In this document: one piece after another, positions 59,658-64,000 of the stretch | Position numbering within the stretch: the stretch's first letter is position 1 | How the letters are laid out: each line of letters opens with the position of its first letter | Assembly: GCA_024679955.1 (NCBI GenBank) | Contig: JAILCQ010000010.1 | Location: 15,277 to 79,276, forward strand | Origin: Bacillota bacterium | GTDB lineage: Bacteria; Bacillota; Dehalobacteriia; UBA4068 | Direction of reading: 5' to 3' | Length of the DNA: 64,000 bases | Notes under the pieces: model-generated | Databases searched by the model: none | Seen by the model: only the letters and a program-made list of their open reading frames with translations | What the model was told of the DNA's origin: nothing | Program-made: the position numbers and the translations under genes

Positions 59658-61343
59658 CTAGGTTTCATTTTCCGCCGCCTCATTATGCCAGACGGCCAGC
59701 ATTTCCTTGGCCTGCCGGCGGGTGGTGGGAGTGATATTGTTTCCCGCGATCATGCGGGCGATTTCTTCGATCCTGGCTTCGCCGGTTTGTTCCCGGGCGG
59801 ATACCACGGTGCGGCCTTCGATCACTTCTTTGCGGATATGGATTTGCCGGCCGGCGGCCGCCGCCATCACCGCCCCATGGCTGACCACCAGGGTTTGGGT
59901 ATGCCGTCCCACCACGGCCAGACGTTCCGCTACCGCGTCCAGGGCCCGGCCGGATAGCCCCGTATCCACCTCGTCAAAGATCAGGGTGGGCACCTGATCC
60001 AATTGACAAAGTACCACCTTCAAGCCTAGGACGATCCGGGAAAGTTCGCCGCCGCTGGCGACTTTGGCCACCGGCAGGAAGGTTTCGCCCACATTGGAGC
60101 ATACCATGAATTGCGCTTTCTCCATGCCGCCCGGGCCCGGCGGGCAAGACGGCAGATCCACCCGGAATACCGCCTGGGGCATGGCCAGCTTCTGCAATTC
60201 GCCGGTGACGGCCTCTCCCAGCATCAAAGCGGTCTTTTGCCGGAGCAGGCTCAAATATTCCGCTTTGTGGCGGTAATCCTGGGCCGCCGCTTCCTCCCGG
60301 GCGCTGAGCGAGGGGCCGGATATCTCCGTTTCCGCCAGGGCGGCCTGTTCTTCTTTGGCCGTTTCCAGATAATGCAATATATCGTCCACGGAAGCGCCGT
60401 ATTTCTTTTTCAGGCGGCCGATCTGGGCCAGCCGGTTTTCCACCTCTTCCAAACGATAGGGGTCCGCGTTGACGCCCAGGCGATAGCTGCTGATTTCCCG
60501 TTGGCAATCTTCCGCCTCGTAATACAGGGATTCCAAACGATCGGAAAGCGCCGCCGCCTGTTTATCCCAGGCCGCCGCCTGCCGGAAATTGGCCGCCGCC
60601 TGATGCAAGGCGTTCAGCCCCGCAGCCTCCAGGGCCTGATGGGCCTGATCGGAAAGCTGCAGCAGCTTTTCCCCGTGATCCAGGCGTTGGGATTCTTCTT
60701 CCAATTCTTCTTCTTCGCCGGGACGCAGGCCGGCGTTTTCGATTTCATCGATTTGATAGGTAAGCCAATCCAGCCGCTGGGAACGGCCCTGTTTGTCGTT
60801 CTCATAGGCCGCCAGATCGCTTTTGGCTTGCTGCCAGGCGGCAAAGGCCGCCGCCGTCGCTTCTTTGGCCGCCGTTTGATTATCGCCGCCGAAGCTGTCC
60901 AGCAGCTGGGTCTGTTTATCTTCTTCCAGCAGCAGCATATGCTCGTGCTGGCCGTGAATATTGATCAGCAATTTGCCGGCCTGCTTCAGCAGGCTGAGAT
61001 TCACCGCCCGGCCGTTGATGCGGCAAACGCCCCGGCCGCCCCGGGACAGTTCCCGGCTGACGATCAGCGTATCCTCCGGGCTTTCTTCATCCCAATAGCC
61101 GTCCAACAGGGCATAAAGCTCATCCGGGTAGGGGGCGGCGAATACCCCCTCCACCCGGCAGCGGTTGCAGCCGCTGCGGATCAGATTTTCATTGGCTTTG
61201 CCGCCGGTCAAAAGCGCCATGGCGTCCACGATCAGCGATTTCCCCGCACCGGTTTCGCCGGTCAGGGCGTTGAAGCCGGGGGATAACGGCAAAGACAGGC
61301 CTTGGATCAAAGCGAAATTTTCTACCGATAATTCATACAGCAT
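59658..61343 (-). CDS. recN: DNA repair protein RecN
   Basis: LTGETGAGKS Walker A, long coiled-coil, C-terminal signature/Walker B. Confidence 0.93.
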   Translation of the reverse strand: MLYELSVENFALIQGLSLPLSPGFNALTGETGAGKSLIVDAMALLTGGKANENLIRSGCNRCRVEGVFAAPYPDELYALLDGYWDEESPEDTLIVSRELSRGGRGVCRINGRAVNLSLLKQAGKLLINIHGQHEHMLLLEEDKQTQLLDSFGGDNQTAAKEATAAAFAAWQQAKSDLAAYENDKQGRSQRLDWLTYQIDEIENAGLRPGEEEELEEESQRLDHGEKLLQLSDQAHQALEAAGLNALHQAAANFRQAAAWDKQAAALSDRLESLYYEAEDCQREISSYRLGVNADPYRLEEVENRLAQIGRLKKKYGASVDDILHYLETAKEEQAALAETEISGPSLSAREEAAAQDYRHKAEYLSLLRQKTALMLGEAVTGELQKLAMPQAVFRVDLPSCPPGPGGMEKAQFMVCSNVGETFLPVAKVASGGELSRIVLGLKVVLCQLDQVPTLIFDEVDTGLSGRALDAVAERLAVVGRHTQTLVVSHGAVMAAAAGRQIHIRKEVIEGRTVVSAREQTGEARIEEIARMIAGNNITPTTRRQAKEMLAVWHNEAAENET

Positions 61344-61397
61344 AGCTTTGCTCCTTTAATGTATACAGCATGGCTTTGCTTCTTTTCGCGAGCCGTT

Positions 61398-61850
61398 TTA
61401 TTGAGCCAGGGAATGGATCTTATCCGTCAACGAAGCCACGGTATATCCTTCCCGCAGGGCCAAAAATACCGTATCGTCGCCGGCCAGGGTGCCTGCGATT
61501 TCGTTCCAGTTCAGTCCGTCGATGCAAAAGGCCACCCCTTGGGCGGTGCCGGGCAGGGTTTTCAGGATCACCAGGCCGCTGCCGACTTCCACCCGCAGCA
61601 AATTGTCGCGAAACATCCTTTTTGCCCGGTCAAAGCTGTTGCCCGCCAAAAGCCCCGGGGGAAAACTATAACGAAAGGAGTTTGCGCCGGCGGATATTTT
61701 GATCAGACCCATTTCTTTGATATCCCGGGAAATGGTAGCCTGGGTCACGTTAAATCCATGCCGCCTTAATTCTTCCGTAAGCTGACATTGGGTTTCTATG
61801 CTTTTTTCTTCGATTATTTCTCTGATAACCTTATGCCTGCGGTTTTTCAT
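61398..61850 (-). CDS. argR: Arginine repressor
   Basis: Winged-helix N-terminus (…QATISRDIKE…) and C-terminal arginine-binding/oligomerisation domain (GDDT). Confidence 0.92.
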   Translation of the reverse strand: MKNRRHKVIREIIEEKSIETQCQLTEELRRHGFNVTQATISRDIKEMGLIKISAGANSFRYSFPPGLLAGNSFDRAKRMFRDNLLRVEVGSGLVILKTLPGTAQGVAFCIDGLNWNEIAGTLAGDDTVFLALREGYTVASLTDKIHSLAQ

Positions 61851-61867
61851 ACGCGTTCCTCCTTTTG

Positions 61868-62758
61868 TTATTGGTTTTTGCGTAAAGTGGGCGGAAGCGG
61901 AGCATCCATATCCAAATGAAAATCGTAATTGAGTTTGCTTTTGATGCGGTCGTAGAAGCAGATCTCGCCAAAGCGGATCATGCGCACTTTATCTTTGGCC
62001 GTGGCCACTTTCAGTGTGTCGTCCAGCCGCAAGTTGGAGGCGAATTGTCCGTCTATGGTCAAGGATATATGGTCGGATTTGCTGCGGCAAACGATTTCCA
62101 CATCGCTTTGGGCCGATACGATGATGGGCCGGGAAAAAAAGGAATGGGGACATACCGGCGTGATCATCATCAAATCCATTTGGCAGGCGACGATGGGACC
62201 GCCGGCGGAAAAGGAATAGCCGGTGGAACCGGTGGGCGTGGAGACGATGAGGCCGTCGGCCTGATAGGCGTTGACCAGCTTGCCGTCGATCAGCAAATTG
62301 AGGATGACCGAGCGGGCATAGTGGCTGTTTTTCACCACCAGATCATTGAAAGCGGTGGCGGAGGCCAGGACTTTCCCCTGACGCCACAACGAGCTTTGCA
62401 AAAGCATCCTTTGCTCCAGCTGATAATCTTGGGCCAGCATGCGGTCGCAGGCGCGGAAAGCGTCGGATACTTCCACTTCCGTAAGAAAGCCCACTTTTCC
62501 CATATTGACGCCCAGCAGCGGCACATTGTATTTGGACATGATCCTGCCGGAGGCCAAAACGGTGCCGTCGCCGCCTAAAACCACGGCGGCGTCCACGCCG
62601 CTGAAATCATATTTTTTTATATCGTCCAAAGTAAAGCCGTATTTTTGATCCGGATGGAACAATTCGGCCCCCTGGGCGTTCAAATAGTTGGCAAGTTTTT
62701 GGCAAAAGGCATTGGCTTCCTCGCTTCTGCCATTATAAACAATAGCTATTTTGCTCAT
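61868..62758 (-). CDS. nadK: NAD kinase
   Basis: GGDGT motif and NE/D kinase blocks. Conserved nadK-argR-recN order. Confidence 0.92.
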   Translation of the reverse strand: MSKIAIVYNGRSEEANAFCQKLANYLNAQGAELFHPDQKYGFTLDDIKKYDFSGVDAAVVLGGDGTVLASGRIMSKYNVPLLGVNMGKVGFLTEVEVSDAFRACDRMLAQDYQLEQRMLLQSSLWRQGKVLASATAFNDLVVKNSHYARSVILNLLIDGKLVNAYQADGLIVSTPTGSTGYSFSAGGPIVACQMDLMMITPVCPHSFFSRPIIVSAQSDVEIVCRSKSDHISLTIDGQFASNLRLDDTLKVATAKDKVRMIRFGEICFYDRIKSKLNYDFHLDMDAPLPPTLRKNQ

Positions 62759-63099
62759 GTTTTCCTCCTTGGCATAGAACGGAAAATAACGAAGGATGCT
62801 GCCGTAAACCGCCGTTTTATGCGTTTATAAACATTGTATAATATGAATACTGTCAATTCAAGAGTTTTCCGCTTTTTTGATGAATAATTTTTCGTTGCAA
62901 ATGAATAGAAGCGTTAGTAGGAAGAACAGCTTGTCTGATAAAGGGAGAAAATGTCTGAAAATTTTATAAGAAAAGTGCAGGTATAGATTGATCTCCGCCA
63001 GAATACACTTTAACGAAAACGGTATCCGGCGCGAGGAAATCGCCTGCCGGTTTGAAAAGCAGTGATTAGGTTTGCATCAATAGACAAGGCGGTATGAAC

Positions 63100-63639
63100 A
63101 TGACGAATAACGAAAAGAAGAATAATATTGTGTTGATCGGTTTTATGGGCAGCGGCAAAACGGTAGTGGGACGGACCCTGGCCGGCTTGCTGGATTATGA
63201 CTTTGTGGATACGGATGAACAGATCCGGCAGGTGACCGGTTTGACTTTGCCGCAGTTGTTCCGCAAACACGGGGAAATCCGTTTCCGTTCCGAAGAGGAA
63301 TTGGTGGTGAAAAGAACCGCCGCCAAACAAAAACAGGTGATCGCCACCGGCGGCAGTTTGACGCCTATGGCCAAGAATTTTGATTTATTGCGGCAAAACG
63401 GTTGGTTTGTGCTGTTGTCTGCCGATCCGCAAACGATTTTAAGCCGGATCAGCCGCAAAAACGACCGTTTGTTGCTATGCGGCAAGCCGGATCTGCCGTC
63501 CTTGGAGAATATGGTGCGGGAAAGGGAAGAAGCCTACCGGCAAACCGCGGATTTCATTGTGGATACGACGAAAATGGGCGTGGAAGACGCCGCCGCCGCC
63601 ATCGCCCGGCAATACCGGGCCTATGCGGCAGGCGAATAA
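63100..63639 (+). CDS. aroK: Shikimate kinase
   Basis: IVLIGFMGSGKT Walker A and shikimate kinase fold. Second ATG (63100) has better RBS spacing than 63094. Confidence 0.88.
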   Translation: MTNNEKKNNIVLIGFMGSGKTVVGRTLAGLLDYDFVDTDEQIRQVTGLTLPQLFRKHGEIRFRSEEELVVKRTAAKQKQVIATGGSLTPMAKNFDLLRQNGWFVLLSADPQTILSRISRKNDRLLLCGKPDLPSLENMVREREEAYRQTADFIVDTTKMGVEDAAAAIARQYRAYAAGE

Positions 63640-63715
63640 ACGTTGGCCCGGGCGGCCGCGCCCCACTGAAAAAAGCATGGTTTGCCGTTTTGGCGCCGGG
63701 CCCGGCCCGGAGGAT

Positions 63716-63744
63716 TTGTCAAACCGGCAAAAGCATGATATAAT
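63716..63744 (+). promoter_or_regulatory. Near-consensus sigma-A promoter (TTGTCA-17-TATAAT)
   Basis: TTGTCA 63716-63721, 17-nt spacer, TATAAT 63739-63744. Drives a roughly 230-nt structured leader. Confidence 0.65.
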
Positions 63745-63749
63745 AGCCG

Positions 63750-63950
63750 CGCGGGAATCCGGGCCGTCAGCCGGTTCGCCGTCTTGCCAGGGCCGCTTCC
63801 CGCAGGGAAAGCCGTTGGCAAACCCAACAGCGGCTATGATCGTAGAATACAATAGCCAGCCGGGAAAAACGTTTCGGTTTTGTCCCCCGGGGTATTGTAT
63901 ATCCTGCCGTCTTCGACAGGCGAAGGCGCGGCCTTGGGCCGCGATAGGAC
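63750..63950 (+). promoter_or_regulatory. Structured leader, possible divergent cobalamin riboswitch
   Basis: Elements appear in the right order: AGGGAAAGCCGTTGGCAAACCCAACAGCGGC (AGGGAA + hairpin), AGCCAGCCGGGAAAAAC (B12-box-like), …TATATCCTGCCG (CCUGCC). The match is much weaker than at 905-1080. Confidence 0.35.
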
Positions 63951-63979
63951 AATGCCGCAAAGCTTGCGGCATTTTTTTT
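63951..63979 (+). terminator. Intrinsic terminator / expression platform at end of leader
   Basis: ATGCCGCAAAGCTTGCGGCAT then TTTTTTTT. A possible start (ATGCAGATG) follows at the window edge. Confidence 0.75.
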
Positions 63980-64000
63980 ACGAGGTATGCAGATGATACA

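Noticed and set aside
62759-63099. 11-codon upstream ORF (MSENFIRKVQV) with AAAGGGAG RBS in the nadK/aroK divergent spacer as a leader peptide
   Set aside because: There is no obvious attenuator structure or amino-acid-codon bias linking it to aroK control. Too short to evaluate.
1-64000. CRISPR arrays, rRNA/tRNA genes, transposases/integrases
   Set aside because: No regularly spaced direct repeats, no rRNA/tRNA-like sequence other than tmRNA, and no transposase or integrase-like ORF were found on either strand.

Overview
This is a high-GC (about 58% by eye) chromosomal segment from an endospore-forming Firmicute of the Clostridia type. The evidence is a set of sporulation genes (sigK, spoVT, dpaA/dpaB, whiA), an IspH-ribosomal protein S1 fusion, a DnaQ-DinG fusion, and the C1/folate enzymes FchA and FolD. 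I support about 55 protein genes, one tmRNA, two cobalamin-riboswitch-like leaders (one strong, one tentative), several sigma-A-type promoters and rho-independent terminators. No rRNA, tRNA or CRISPR is evident.

Most of the window is housekeeping in conserved Firmicute synteny: cmk-plsC-ispH/rpsA; folE-lepB-surE; dpaAB-asd-dapA-rnj-tepA-ylzJ; spoVT; uvrA-uvrC-rapZ-whiA; gap-pgk-tpiA-gpmI-secG-hppA; nifS-thiI; smpB-ssrA; sigK; nadK-argR-recN; aroK.

The notable content is:
- (1) A roughly 9 kb corrinoid methyltransferase locus at 15.7-24.4 kb, built around an MtmB-family methyltransferase with no pyrrolysine (UAG) codon. It also carries a B12-binding corrinoid protein, a RamA-type reductive activator, a URO-D-type MT2 fused to a CxxC thioredoxin-like domain, a COG0523 GTPase, a divergent YheO-type regulator and a class-II aminotransferase. 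Its substrate cannot be assigned by homology.
- (2) An AT-richer islet of about 2.5 kb inserted immediately 3' of tmRNA. It holds an ankyrin-like protein, a standalone AAA_21-type ATPase and a tiny membrane protein.
- (3) A clear cobalamin riboswitch in front of an orphan 94-aa gene, and a second, weaker cobalamin-riboswitch-like leader at the window end.
- (4) A frameshift inside an A10 homopolymer in the ispH-rpsA fusion gene.
- (5) Tandem-repeat features: nine 18-bp repeats encoding an EEAAPV tail on S1, and a degenerate ATCGCAATAAG array between dapA and rnj.
- (6) An RNase J with a Lys/Ala/Gly-rich N-terminal extension of about 150 aa.
- (7) A macro-domain gene remnant.

All coordinates are from reading the sequence and the supplied ORF track. 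Family assignments are by motif recognition from memory, not database searches.
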